Shown in pieces: positions 12,713 through 25,756 of a stretch of 64,000 bases of DNA. The DNA is from Podarcis bocagei (lineage: Eukaryota). The stretch is taken from the NCBI GenBank assembly GCA_964188305.1, contig OZ076890.1, one strand, 5' to 3'. Both the position numbers and the translations under genes were made by a program. A model generated the notes under the pieces. That model saw only the letters and a program-made list of their open reading frames with translations, ran no database searches and had not been told where the DNA came from. Every line of letters begins with the position of its first letter. Within the stretch, counting starts at the first letter, position 1.

Positions 12713-15261
12713 GTACGAAAGATCTGCGTTGTGTGTGAGAGGGTAGGGAACCCAAGATGCATTGTTACAAGTCTGTACCAAAGCCTCCAACTTGGAAAGC
12801 CCAACAACCTAGTTTTAAACACATCCATTTGCTCACTTATCCCCTGGGTAAATTTGAATTTGACACCTTTCCAAATCCTGCCCTTCTGTTTTCCCGTGGG
12901 CTAATGTTAAGTACTTTAATAATGAGAGAGGTAGCCTGGCCTTCTGCCCTCGACTGCCCAGACAAATGCCTGCCTTCCTGTAATCACAGGGCAACAATCC
13001 AACTCCCTATTCACATTTCCTCCCTTCTTCTAGGTAAATTGTTTTTGCTATAATAAGATGCAAGTTTGTTCAGTTAATTCCCTCTCCTCTCCCTCACCCC
13101 CCATCCCACCTCGAGTATACTCAAGACAGTCTATACGGAAACCAAGAAACACTCCTCCTACATCTCCTGGTATCTCCCTTGTTCCCTGAAAGACAAGACA
13201 TGCCAGAAACAATTTCCCCTTTTTTAAAAATCTAGGATTTTGGACAGAATTTTTAAACAACTAAGAACCAATGCCTTCTTTCCCAGTAACAGAAGGGAGC
13301 AATAAATACATTTATTTTGTTTGATTTTCTCTGTAATGATTTATTTTATTTTTATTTATTTTTTTGCCAGAAGCAGGTTTCAAGGATGTTGATTTCACAA
13401 TTCAGTGCCATGCCTGGCCCATATTAGAAACTCCCCTAGTTATATGGTGTTCCCTTTAAAGTGTTCGTAATTACTCCACAAATATTAGGGTCAGTTGTAT
13501 ACGGTTTCCAACCAGCCTAAATTGGTAGGCGGTAGCACCAAGCTTGAGGTACCAGGAGACTTTTGAGTACCAGGGAAGAGACTGTCCCAAAGTAGTTCAG
13601 CCCAGCTTTGTACAGTACTGAGTGTATGGCTCAGTTATGATACTTAGGACATCTTAAAGATAGATCTTGAGAAAGCCAATTCTGCTGACCCTTTAGACCT
13701 TGTTCGCTCCCAAAAATATGTTCTTTTTTGCGCGCGGGGGGGGGGGGGAGTTGCTGTCTAGGGAATTTAGATTTGATACACAAGATCTAAGATTGTGTTA
13801 CTGAATTAATTTTGAATTAGCATCTCTTGCATAGATCAGATTATCAGTGTTTAGCCGAACTGAACTGGCATTAGGTTTTCTTCAGCAAAGCTATACCCAA
13901 GGAATGATGAGTTCTTATGGCTACCTCTATGCATCTAATTTTAAGCTGGGAATTGAATTTGGCTGATAAGCCACATACTTATTCCCCTGAACTCCTGTGG
14001 GTCAAGTTCTGACAGGTGGGTAGCATTGTCAGTCACCTGACATCACAACGATTATCAGGTGAGCCACTTTACCAAAACAATCAGTTGACTATCCATACTT
14101 ACAAAGCACTGTGTACAGGGAATTGCACATGGCTTTGAAGATGCTGTCACTCAGCTGATCAGTAACCCCGCCAAAGCCCCTTTAGGCTCAGATACATCTT
14201 TATCTGACCCGCACCTGGCATCATATATGAATAGTTTATTTTTAATGTGATGTGTAAATTGGGCCAATGGCAGGAAGAAGTTTAAATTAGAGATCCACGG
14301 AGCTCCCTGAAGATTCCATGTGTCATATATGATGTCAGGCCTAGGGCAGATGGACATGGCTTGGTCAAATAACCTAGTGAGACAAACTGGGATGTCTTGA
14401 GGACCAAATTATGTGTGTGGTCTGCAGCTTCTTCACTGCTGTTTTAAATGAACTGATGAAGTAGAAGGGGACTTACAGAAACTGATTGACTTTGGTAAAC
14501 ATTTGTTTTCATAAAGCTTGAATCCTGTGTCAGTGTTGGTTTATACTGTCCATTTATGACTATGCGATTTTAAAAGTGAAGTGGGCAGGGGATGTATGTT
14601 GATTTTGCTCACTGATGTTTAACCAATTTAATGCTTCTTTAATTTAATAGTTTATGGTATTGTAAATTTTAGTTTCAGGCACCGATCTCTATAATTTGCT
14701 ATCTTCCTTTATCTGCTCTAAGCTGAAAATCAAACCAGTTTCCCTACTCCTTTACAGGATAAAATTTCAGCTTCAAAAAGAAAATCAGATTAGCAACAAG
14801 GGAAGTAGTTTATAGTGGCTTGACTGGTATATTGAACTCCTTCCGAACCCAGCCGTAATTTCTATTCCTCCTCCTCTGCCTCTAAAAACTTGCCTTTGAT
14901 GATCAAGAGATATTAAATATGAATAAGAGATAGGAGAAGCTTCTCAGTAAAAAGCTACTGATTCTTGTCTCAGAAAGGCAGGCCTGTTCTTAAGAAGTAC
15001 TCCTTGATTTGCCACTTAGCTCTCAGTTTCCGTTTGTGATCGATCTTAAAAGGACTAAGTATCTATCTTAGACTTGTCAGTGGAGTACAGTATTTTGCAT
15101 TTAATGCAACCCACAGTGCTCTAGATACAGTAGAGTTAACCTTCAAAAACACCAAGTGCCTACACTCTTATCAAGTGCATAGTGGCGAAATGAAAAGAGG
15201 AAAAATTTTAAAGGCTGAGAGAGCCTTACTAGTTTTGTGGCATGGCCACATACATACTTAC

Positions 15262-15263
<2 letters not shown>

Positions 15264-15303
<40 letters not shown>
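15264..15303. repeat. (TG)n microsatellite
   Basis: About 20 uninterrupted TG units. Confidence 0.97.
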
Positions 15304-15304
<1 letters not shown>

Positions 15305-16498
15305 TATTGTTGTTTTTTAAGTACCATAGGTCAGTCCCAAATATGATGCTCACTTAGGATAGCTATTATGTCCTGCTTTGCTTTACTTTGAAGTCATCCT
15401 CTGGTTGAAGGGCTGATCAGTCCAAGTCCAGTTTCAAATGAAAGGACTATAAGGAGGAAGAGCAGAGGCTGCCCATCAGCAGTTAGCTCCTGGATGGCAG
15501 ATTGAATAGGCACACAGGTCAACTGGGCCAGCCTTGCCCTTGACAGTGAGAGATGTATTGCACTTCTATTTCTACTACAGTCATTGGGTCAGATTCACCT
15601 TACAAACCCTGTCAGCAGAAGGCTTCACAATAGGACTCTGCTCCCCTCCCCTGTGCCTCCCTAAATTGGTTTGCGGTGGGTGGGTTGGGAGAACAGTAGC
15701 GAAAGGAGAGGGGAGCTGATATGATTGTGCTGATGAAACATTTGTAACAGTGTGACGTCAAATTCCACCCACTATTACTAAGTTTGCATATTATATAAAC
15801 ACATGCAAATTTATGCAAATCTGTGCCCTCTTTTTGGCAATATGTAAGCTTACCCAGCACGCTATTTATTTATTGGAAAACATGTAAGGGACCCTCACCA
15901 GCAGGCAATTATTCTCAAGCAATGTTTTAACATCCTACAACTACTGAAAGCATGTTTGAAAAGGGATGGATTTGTTATAATTCTGCTCTGGCAGCATACA
16001 ATCAGATAAATGCCAGATTTAGTTTTCTATTCTAGATGCAAATCTTCAGATTAAAAGGAAAATGTCTGGTCAAGATTTGCATTTTAACTAGCTGGCTGTT
16101 AAGTCTTTTTTAACACTAGGTACATTGTCTCAGTATCTTCAATATCCCCCACAAGCATCCCTTGAAAGCGCAGGGGATATTACAGACTCAGATTAAGTTA
16201 CCTATAATTATTGTTGTATCAGCATGACATATTGAGAGAACGCCATTAAAATAGTCAAGTTTAGAAAATAGTATGTTAAAGGATCCAGGAGTACAACAGA
16301 CATCAGGTACAATGTAAGGTGGGGGGAGAGAGAGAAGGTCAGTGGATATTGTTAAAAATAAGAGTCTAGTGGAATAGTTATGGAGTATTTCAGACTGAAT
16401 ATTCCCTTTCCCCTTAGCCTCCTACCTGTTTATTCTGCCCATCTTTCGCATTTTAGGACTGGCCAGTGTAGCACATTGACCTTTTCTTAAGGTCACTA

Positions 16499-16740
16499 CA
16501 GTGGTACCTTGGGTTACAGACGCTTCAGGTTACAGACGCTTCAGGTTACAGACTCCGCTAACCCAGAACTAGTACCTCAGGTTAAGAACTTTGCTTCAAG
16601 ATGAGAACAGAAATCGTGTGGCGGCGGCATGGCAGCAGCAGGAGGCCCCATTAGCTAAAGTGGTGATTCAGGTTAAGAACAGTTTCAGGTTAAGAACGGA
16701 CCTCCAGAATGAATTAAATTCTTAACTCAAGGTACCACTG
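16499..16740. mobile_element. Tc1/mariner-type (pogo/Tigger-like) MITE, family A, 242 bp
   Basis: TA|CAGTGGTACCTTGGGTTA...TTAACTCAAGGTACCACTG|TA: terminal inverted repeats, TA target duplication and internal CAGGTTAAGAAC repeats. Confidence 0.92.
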
Positions 16741-18544
16741 TAATGCCACTGCCCAATCTTCCTCCCCAGATATTCAGGTTTGCAGACATAGTGAAGGGAG
16801 TCCTATAGCTTCCTTAATATTTCCAAAAACTGGAATGTTCCGAGTGAACTCTACAGATCTCTAGTTCAAGTATTTTTGCTTCTTCAAGCCATTGGGCCAA
16901 TTCACATTGCCTGGGAAAGTTTTGCCTATAGTCACAACTCGTGGTTAAAAACAATAGGCAAAACGTTCCTAGGTCTCAATGCTTCTCGTAAAACAAAATT
17001 TAAAATAAGTAATAAAAATAGATATCCTACAAACAAGAGCTGTGTGTAATCCACAGAGACTTAAATCCAACACAGAGAACCTCCAGCCTATGAACAGCAG
17101 TGGGCCTGAGGTACTTCCATCATTTCCTGGCATGTAATCTTAACAAAGTTCAGATTGCCACAAACTCTAGAATGCAATGCTGAAGGCTAAATCAAGAGAT
17201 AGTGTTACAGAGATGGTGGCAGACAATGGTGAGGAAGTTGTGAACACAGGACCTCAAATACTACATGACCTACCTGGGTCAACAGGAGGTCAGGACTATC
17301 ACAAATATGGAGCTAAGCCACATATTCGGACTGGTTTTATGACCAAATCATCTGCCTGAGGCTAGGACCACCAATGTTCAGTCCCTGCAGAGAGCCATTC
17401 CACTGCAGATCATAATCAACAACCCTCAGGTCAAGTGCTTTAAGGAGCTGCAAAGTCTAGTAAAAACATATGCACAGACCTATGTAATTCAGTTAACATA
17501 GTTTAGTTTTAATGTTATTTGGTTTACACAGAGCAACTCAAAATTAAGTTAAGCACATGAGACCCAAACTCATCACTTGGTAAGAAGAAAAGGGATTTGA
17601 AAAGCAAGGGGGGAGGGGGGAGAAACCAACATCAGAAACAAAGATGAACTGTCAAAATACTGTTTTGCACATCTGGCAAGAAATGGAACTTGCTAAAATA
17701 TCAAGGAAAACTGTGTTTACTTTAAAATAAATAAAAAAGCAGGGGGAGAGAATGCCACACATGCAGCCACCACATTTCAGATCACTCAAAGCACATCCAA
17801 AAGAGTATAAACAGATTTCCACAGTCTAACAAAAATGGGATAAACCTGTCTTTCACAAACAAGGCTACATTTTAAAGTCTGAGCAGCTATTATACTGTTT
17901 ATGCTACATTTCTCTCAAGAGACACAGCAGCTAAAAAGCCTCGTATGAGTGACAAGCAATTTGGATACTGTACTTTACAAAGAAAAGCTTCCATTTCAGT
18001 CCAGGAGGAGAAAAACATTCTTAGCCCAAGTATGTCACACAAATTTTAAAATGTCACATTTTTATCAGCCACCAGAGGAATCCATACATTTGGTGCATGT
18101 ATATAAACCAATCTGCAGACTTGTTTCACACAAACTAACTTCAGGTCACATCTGAAAACCATGTGCAATACCGCACAGCAAGCCCACATGCTCCCCCCCC
18201 CCCAATCCCACACTGCCTGTTCTATATTTTGCTTTAGATGTTAGTCAGATCAGGGCTTGAGTTAACTAAGATTGCCCTGAAACCATGGTTTGCAGTCTAC
18301 CAAAACTACTTTTTAAATTTTACTTTACAAAACATAGGAATTGCAGAGTTCTGTTTTTAAAATCAGATTTGGGTATTTCGTATGGATGTGGTATACACTT
18401 AGCTCCCCTCAATGAACTGAAGACATAGAGAGGCTTTTGCCTTTGCTGAAGCCATCTCTTATTTTCCCGCAGGATTCTGGGTCCCAAATATGCTAAGAAT
18501 AAATTGTACTAAGGAAGGAAAACTATTATCTGAGCCACTGCAGG

Positions 18545-18900
18545 TATATTAGGTCAAAGTCGCCTCTCAAATGCACCCTTGATAAGCCAGAGGCCCTGCT
18601 CCATGCTCTTCTGCCAACAGGAACATAGCAGGGGCCTATAAAAGACAGGGCCTTCTCTGCTGTGGTGCCTAACGCCTGAGAAACAGCTGATCAGCTTCCA
18701 GCAGGCAGCAGAAACTGCCCTGTTTCACAATGTTTTTCTGGATGCTGCTTTAAAGCAAGATCCTATCTGATACTGTGATGCTTTTTGTTACTTTAATATT
18801 AATTTATTGATGCGTATGGGTTGTTGTGTATTTCTATTGACCAATGTAAGCTATCTTGATTATTATAGGAAGGCAGGGTACAAATGCTGGAAATAGATAA
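18545..18900 (+). mobile_element. Degenerate L2 3' fragment
   Basis: GACAGGGCCTTCTCTGCTGTGGTGCCT (DRAFSAV.P), an AT-rich UTR and the terminal GAAGGCAGGGTACAAAT motif. Confidence 0.6.
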
Positions 18901-20931
18901 TGCCACTAAGCAAATGGGAACAGGTCACTCATTATAATAAAAGAGGAAGGAGGAATAGATCACAAGCAGAAGGACTAGATCACAGATATTGTTGGCAATT
19001 TGCCGCCCAAGTCATAATCTAGAAAAGGTCAGAATTTTTAAAAAGGTCAAGCTCTCTTGGAACAGCAATATATATGATAAAGACTGCACTGCATCAAATG
19101 TATGAGAAAAGGCGTTTTGTTTTTCAAAGGTCTTATTTTTCACGCAACGCTTTCGAATTTGGACACATATAAAAGGCACTGATCTCTCAGTCTTGCTCTG
19201 CTTGCCTGCACTGTTGCTGCTGCCTCCCTTCTGATCCCCTTCCTCCTGTACTGCAGCAGCCACACAACCATCCCCGCCTTGTAAACCATTTGGAGACAAT
19301 TATAGCTTTGCAGTATATAAATTGCTTAAATAATAATAATTTTAAAAAAAACAAATCAACAAACAAACATTAGTTTAAGGTTGGAGAACAGACCACAAAT
19401 GCATCTGCAAGACTATAATCCATTAGATAAATTTTGGACTCTAGACCTAATGGTATGAAAAGTGGAGGTGGGGTTCTTTAGATGGTAATGGACATTATTC
19501 CAGACAATCTTACAGGGACCCTTCTTTAATTCTTGCTTTGAAATGTGGCAAGCCAGTCCTGCTGCATCTAGGGGAACCCCCTGTCCAGAGGGGCCCAGGA
19601 CTTCTGCCCCAATTCTACCCCTGACGGCAGCAACAGTGATGGCCCAGTGCTAAACATGACAGCTGTAGGCATGACTCTCCTCTCCTTTTTAGCCACAAAG
19701 GGCTAATAGCTCCATGTATGCAGCTGATGCTGCAGTGGACCAGCACTGCTCACCTAGCTCTCTGGTGAGCAGCAGCAAGTACGTGGAGAGCACAGGGTGA
19801 ATGTGTTGTTTGCCACTCAAGTGCTTGCCCATAGGCAATACCTGCTTGGCCCAATGGAGCAAAAAATTGCAGAGCAGCTTGGCGGTCATCAGGCAGCCAA
19901 TAAGCTGCTTTTAAAACACAACAAAACTTAATTCTATGACCCAGAAGGATATCCCAAGAGAATGAGTTTTAGTGTTTGCGATGGAAGTCTGGGCTGCTAA
20001 TTTAAGCATTCCTGCCTGACGATAGCGAGTTGTGCAATGCATACGTGTAGTTAGTTCTTCATCCTTTGAAAGATATTACTGTATTAGATAGAAGCCCATG
20101 GCCAAGGAACATTCTCCTAGTCCCGTCCCACAGCTGAAGTGCACACTTGCTCTCAAAAAGTTTGCCAGTGTGGTGTTAGCGCCAGAAACTTTAGCTCCAA
20201 GCTTGGATGTTTCAATAAGCATCTAGTTACTAAAATAATCACTGCATGCCCATAAATTAAGTGAGCTACAGATCTTTCCTCCTGATCCACTAATTTATTC
20301 CTTTTGCACTGAACCTTTTGCACTGAGCTGCAAGCTGTCCATTCACTATGTGACACTCTTAGACACAAAGCCAGGATTTCCCTGCTGACTTGGTCCCTTC
20401 TTTATCAGTTAGTTAACTTTTCGTTACCAAGCAAGAGGAAGAAGGAAGATACCTATCTTGAAAAGCATGCCTCAACCAATGAACGGCACAGCAGAAACTA
20501 GTTCAGATTTTCTGGTGCCAGATTAAGTTTTCCCCCAGGCCTTTTAAGGTTGCTGCAGCCTTTTAAATCTGTTTTAGATTTTCGGTTTCATTCTTTGCTC
20601 TTTTAGCTTTTGTTTTAAAGTCTTGATTTTTACCTCCTCCCATACTTTTATAGTACTCATTGCATGACTAATTTAAGCACAAAGCTTAAGTTTTTATTTA
20701 TTATATTTTAATTCTGTAAATGCCAAGAATGTTTATTATAGAGTGGCTTGTAAATGCCGTAAAAAAAAAACCTCCTGGTTGGCAGTGGGGCTTCAGTGCT
20801 CTGCATACCTCTTTGCACCACATCATTAAAAGAAACCAAAATAAAATTATGTAAACTAATGAAATTTGCAGAATAAGGGAAATTGTACAAAAAATGTGCT
20901 TTTTTTGCACTGTTAATAGAAAACACGGGGG

Positions 20932-20933
20932 AT

Positions 20934-20972
<39 letters not shown>

Positions 20973-20973
20973 T
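20932..20973. repeat. (ATTT)n microsatellite
   Basis: About 10 ATTT units. Confidence 0.95.
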
Positions 20974-23192
20974 TTTTGCCTTTCTTGTAATGCAGGGCTT
21001 TGACAATGAGCCTGTCTGCCATGACCCTGGGATCATGACATCCTTCTCCAGGGTGGATGAGACCAGGAACTTAGGGTGGAAGATGGTCAGCCTCAAATTT
21101 ACACTTGGGGAAAAAGAAGCCCATTGTGTCAGTACCTCTCCAGCTGCTGGATGCTGCACCGCCTTCCTCTGAGAACTTCAGCTCAGAAGCCTTAGAAGAA
21201 CCACAGCCTTGCCTGCTCTGCCAGAGTCAGTGAATAATAAAGCAAGCAGAGTTTAAATGAACTGCTCCCACAAAAGACAGAGCTAGCAACTCTGATAAAT
21301 TGCAGCTCTGAGACCTAGTCTGGGGATGAATACAGCCTCCAGCCTGGGCCACACACAGAACTGTCCAAAGTACCACCGAAGCCTTGCCTTTGTATTGCTG
21401 AGACCATCACTCAAGAAGGAATAATAGCATGAATTGTTTCAATCGAACACTTCAAGCCCAGATTCAGTGCTTTAATTGGATACCTGGTGCAGCATACTGT
21501 ACACTATCTAGCCTCATGGCAAAACTGCTTCTCGACCGGTTCAGTAAACACATACTCAAAGCAAGTTGACAGAAAAAGAACACAGCAACTCTTACAAACA
21601 CCTTGTGGCAGATCCCCGCATGTAAAAATGGAGACAGAAAAACTCTGGTTCAGAAGTAGCAACTTGTCCCGGGCATTCAACAAGAATTGAAGCCATTGAT
21701 CACATGAACTTTCAAGTCAGCCCTTAGTGCAGAGTATGACACAGTATTGTAGCTGCCGCCGACAAATAATTACATTCTGAAAAATCTTCATGAAGGTGAC
21801 TGTTGACAGCTCTGAAGCATGTGGATTTGGAAATGCTGTTTCTGTTTCTTCCACCCTTTACAGCCCAGACTTAGAGGCTACTTTGGTCTGTTCTTGAATA
21901 TCACAGGGCCAGATCACAGGGCTTTCGGGAACTAATGCAAGTTTCTGCTTGTGCTTTCTACAGGCAATGAACACAAGGTGTTCCAAGGAAAAGGGCAGTT
22001 TGCCTTTTTAAAGCATGTTTCCCACACTCAAGTTAAGTTATGTGCAGGAGTGCCCAATCAGGACTGTTGGCTGCTGTCTAGACACAACTTTCCATCAGAT
22101 AAAAGCTCTAACCAAAAACAGCTGTTAGTTTACTGTATTAAAAGAACAGGAATCTGATAATGATCCAAGTCAATTACTTGATTTCCTTCATTCTAATCAT
22201 GATGCCGAGGGGGCTGGATATCCAAGGCCACCGTGACAACCAGCATTGTGCTCCATCTTCCATGTCCCCACCTCCCACATCTACTTAAGAGTAGAGAGTT
22301 GTGATTAAATGGTCTGTAAATCGTTCTAAACAAAACAAACGTAATATCATTTTCCAAATTTTTCTCTTGTCGCCTAGGTGTGAAAAAATATCCTGACTGT
22401 GTAGTCTGCATCTGATGAACTCTAAGAATTCCAAATATACCTTCAATCTCTTGCACAACTCCTTGCACCAATTCCCTGCGGCTGCTATTTCCTCAGGACT
22501 CCACCTTCACATACATTTCAAGCTGCTTCCTGGTACATTGCCAGAAGGAGTTTGGACAAGAGTTTGTGATGGTGTGGGTGATATTCAATTACGCTTTACT
22601 AAAAGCAGACTTGCTGAAATTAATTGACCTAACCTAGCCATGTTCATTCATTTCAGTGGGACCACTCTGAGGAACTTTTAGTTGAATAACACCCTGTGGA
22701 AGGAATTCAGCATTGCCAGAGTGCTTGCTGGATGGAATGATTTCCCCTCTTCTCCCTCCACACATTGTTTTGGGTGTTCTCCTGATGCCTCCAAGTCAAT
22801 TGGGGGGGAGAGATGGAGCTGGGGGACAGGAAAGTGGGGAAGCCCCAATGCATTAGTGGAAGTCCTTATGTAGACTCCTCCAAGTGAAACACATTAGTTA
22901 AATCCAGCCCTGTGTACGCTGTCCTAAAATATTTCTAGCACAGGGCTCTTAGCAACCTTAGCCTGGAATTATTGTGTATTGTGCTGAACATTCCTAAATG
23001 GTACTGTGCTCTTTGATCTCATCATTAGCCACTTTCATCCACTTTCCCATCCAAAGATGGCAATGGCAGATGTATATACATCTATCAAAACCCTTTAGAA
23101 ATTTTCCATCTCGGAGTCTCTAAAGGCAAGCCACTGAGTCACCAACAATTTGCATCACAAGTTTTTAAAGTCAGGCTGTACAAGATTCCTAC

Positions 23193-23618
23193 CTTGTGTA
23201 GACCATAAAATGCTTACAGGCACAGAAGCCACATCCTTGATCTTTATCCAGCTGTTATTTCGTTGCCTGCTCCATGAAGAAATTACACAATAATAATCTC
23301 CTCTGTCTGCTTCAGAGGTCCACTGGATTCGTAAGCGGAAGGTGTCCACAGTTGGTTTAGAGAAAATAATTTCCCCATTCTGGGCCCGTTGTTTGCTTCT
23401 GTCCCCAACTACCAGCGTCCAGTCTGCATCCATGGTGGCAAGAAGTTCATCTTTCACTACTTCATCACTGCGCATAGGTAATCGGTAGTACCATGAGACA
23501 GTGAAACGCACATTTGTTTCAGTGTTCTGCGCCTCTGTGATCCTACATTCCAATTCTGTGGGATCTTCTGCATACTTAGGTGTTTTAGTCGCATTCAGAA
23601 ACACATGGTAAGTTGGCT
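23193..23618 (-). CDS. PTGFRN: PTGFRN exon 5, Ig domain 4 (426 nt)
   Basis: Acceptor CTCTGCAG|AG; encodes EPTYHVFLNATK...PTELECR...NVRFTVSWYYR...DRGDYYCVISSW..QRNNSW...; donor AAG|GTAGGA. Confidence 0.95.
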
Positions 23619-25539
23619 CTGCAGAGCATTTTGAAAAGCAGGGAGACAGACAAGGAAACAAAAGTATGAAATAAAGACCAATTCATAATACAGGCTACAT
23701 TTTCACATTTATCATTTCAGAACGGCAACATTCTTTTGGCATCTTGCAAGTCATGGCATAGGATGGGGCATTTACTACTTAGCTGGTGACAGTGGACCAT
23801 GTAATTCCCAGAAATGGAGTATCTTCATGGCATGCAGCCCCAAGTCAAACAAAAGGCAGATTCTAAAGCCAACATTTAGTAAGTCACACTATACTGTAGG
23901 AATTTCATAATACAACATTCTGGTTACAGAACACTGCATTGCAATTGCAAAGTCTGCCTCTCAGGGAAATGTTTCATTTTAATGAACATGCTCCCCATTT
24001 TGGAAGGGTATGCCAAGAGCGTGTCAGGTTTCTGTACACTGCTTTACCATTCATTTTATTGCCCACTTCAGCGACCTTGGCAGAGGAAAGCTGGCACTAG
24101 AGCAAGCCAATATTGGAGAGCATCCCACATTTACTTGTTCCTGGTGTTGAATGCCAGTGCTAGAAACTGAATATACCCTTCAAGTTAACTTTACTGGTTT
24201 TTTTAAATACAACTTCTGACAGTTTCATACTCACAAGCCTGAAAGAACTCTGAAGGGCCTACTCTCTGCTCTTAGCAACCATATTTAGGATCCCAGAAAA
24301 GAAGGAATACAATGCACTACCAATATTTATAAAGGTCGTGGAGGGAAAGGTAGTTAATGAGCCACAAAAAGGGTTGGGTTGGCCAATCACACCTCACCTT
24401 AATAAGTCAAGATCTGAATGAGCCTTATGGATGCACACACAGTGCCCTTGCTCCCCACTTTGCTACAGTTTACTGTTTTGTCCAAACAAGGAAACTATGG
24501 TTAACAGTTTCTGAACAAGCCAGGATATGAAAACTTAGTTTGAAGTTGGATTGATACCTTTACTTGTTCCACAACAATTAATTCCCTGGTTTGGCTGATA
24601 CAGGAAGAAATAGTTAATCAACGTCTCCCTGGTTTGTTAGCGGGAAGGGAGGAGCAAAAGAGCTGCTCATGTGCGGCCAAAAGGCTTGTTCTTGGCTCAG
24701 CATAATGGTCTATGATAATCTGAACCAGCCCACATAATTCACTGGAGCAGCTTGCTTCCAAACAGAAGCACCAACAACATTTTTATGTCCTCATTAGGAA
24801 ATAGAAGAAAGTTGAAGGTAAATGGGATGTCAGCTAATCATATCCAGCATTTGGAAGACCTATAGGGAATAGGATGGCTGGGGCAAGTTTTGGCTTTGAC
24901 AGGAGTGCTCCAGCTAGTCTCTTCACACTGACTCTCAGACAGAGGATTTAGCAGGAAGGAATAAAAGGCTTGCTGGATAAGCCTCATTCCTGCACTCTTG
25001 TCAGCTGTCAAAGAACAGCCTTGCTGACAGTTCAACGACTTAATACCCTGCCAAGCTCTCAAACTTCAATCAAGTAGGAGGGGGCTGCTGTTGAATTTTG
25101 GATGCAGTTTATGTACTACAGATGAGAATTCCTCTCCTGCTTTTCCCACCCGCAGGCAATGTAAGATCATTTGAAAAACATTTTGCTCCTCCCCCTTAAC
25201 TGGGATCAAAATAATTACTAATTTGGGATGCAAAGGCAAAGAAATTCCCACTGACCAACAGAAAAGAGGCACCCTATTCAAGGCAGCTTTTAAAGCTATG
25301 GATGCTTTCCAGATAATATTGGTAACAGAATACACTGAGTGTACAGAATCAGTGGCACCTCTCTGTTTAGTTGCATTCGATGGGATGTCTGATGGATGAG
25401 AAGAATGAGAGACAAGCTCACTCTCATAATTAGGCCTACAGCAAGCAGGATGGAAATCATTAGGCCATCTTGAGATTTCCTTTCCTTTAAAAACTTGCAC
25501 AGCTTATTCTCATTCCTCTAAGGCTATAATTCTAAACTA

Positions 25540-25756
25540 CAGTGGTACCTCAAGTTACATACGCTTCAGGTTACAGACTCAGCCAACCCAGAAATAGTGC
25601 TTCAGGTTAAGAACTTTGCTTCAGGATAAGAACAGAAATCGTGCTCCAGCGGCGCAGCGGCAGCAGGAGGCTAAAGTGGTGCTTCAGGTTAAGAACAGTT
25701 TCAGGTTAAGAACGGACCTCCAGAACGAATTAAGTACTTAACCCAAGGTACCACTG
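25540..25756. mobile_element. Tc1/mariner-type MITE, family A, 217 bp
   Basis: TA|CAGTGGTACCTC...AAGGTACCACTG|TA; collinear with the 16499 copy. Confidence 0.92.

Noticed and set aside
13904-13966. Box C (ATGATGA) ... box D (CTGA) pattern suggesting a C/D snoRNA
   Set aside because: Lies on the plus strand, antisense to the host gene, and has no terminal stem; expected by chance.
13400-14700. Stretch that looked like a possible processed pseudogene or decayed element
   Set aside because: No ORF, motif, poly(A)/TSD or second copy that I could identify; no call can be supported without a database search.
16499-16740. Internal CAGGTTAAGAAC / CTTCAGGTTACA repeats as a CRISPR-like or novel array
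   Set aside because: These are subterminal repeats of a TA-flanked MITE present four times in the window; eukaryotic context with no spacer structure.
22690-22910. Probable lizard-specific repeat fragments (also ~24480-24730, ~44700-44880, ~53830-54020)
   Set aside because: They look like decayed interspersed repeats, but boundaries and family could not be established by eye, so they are not listed as features.
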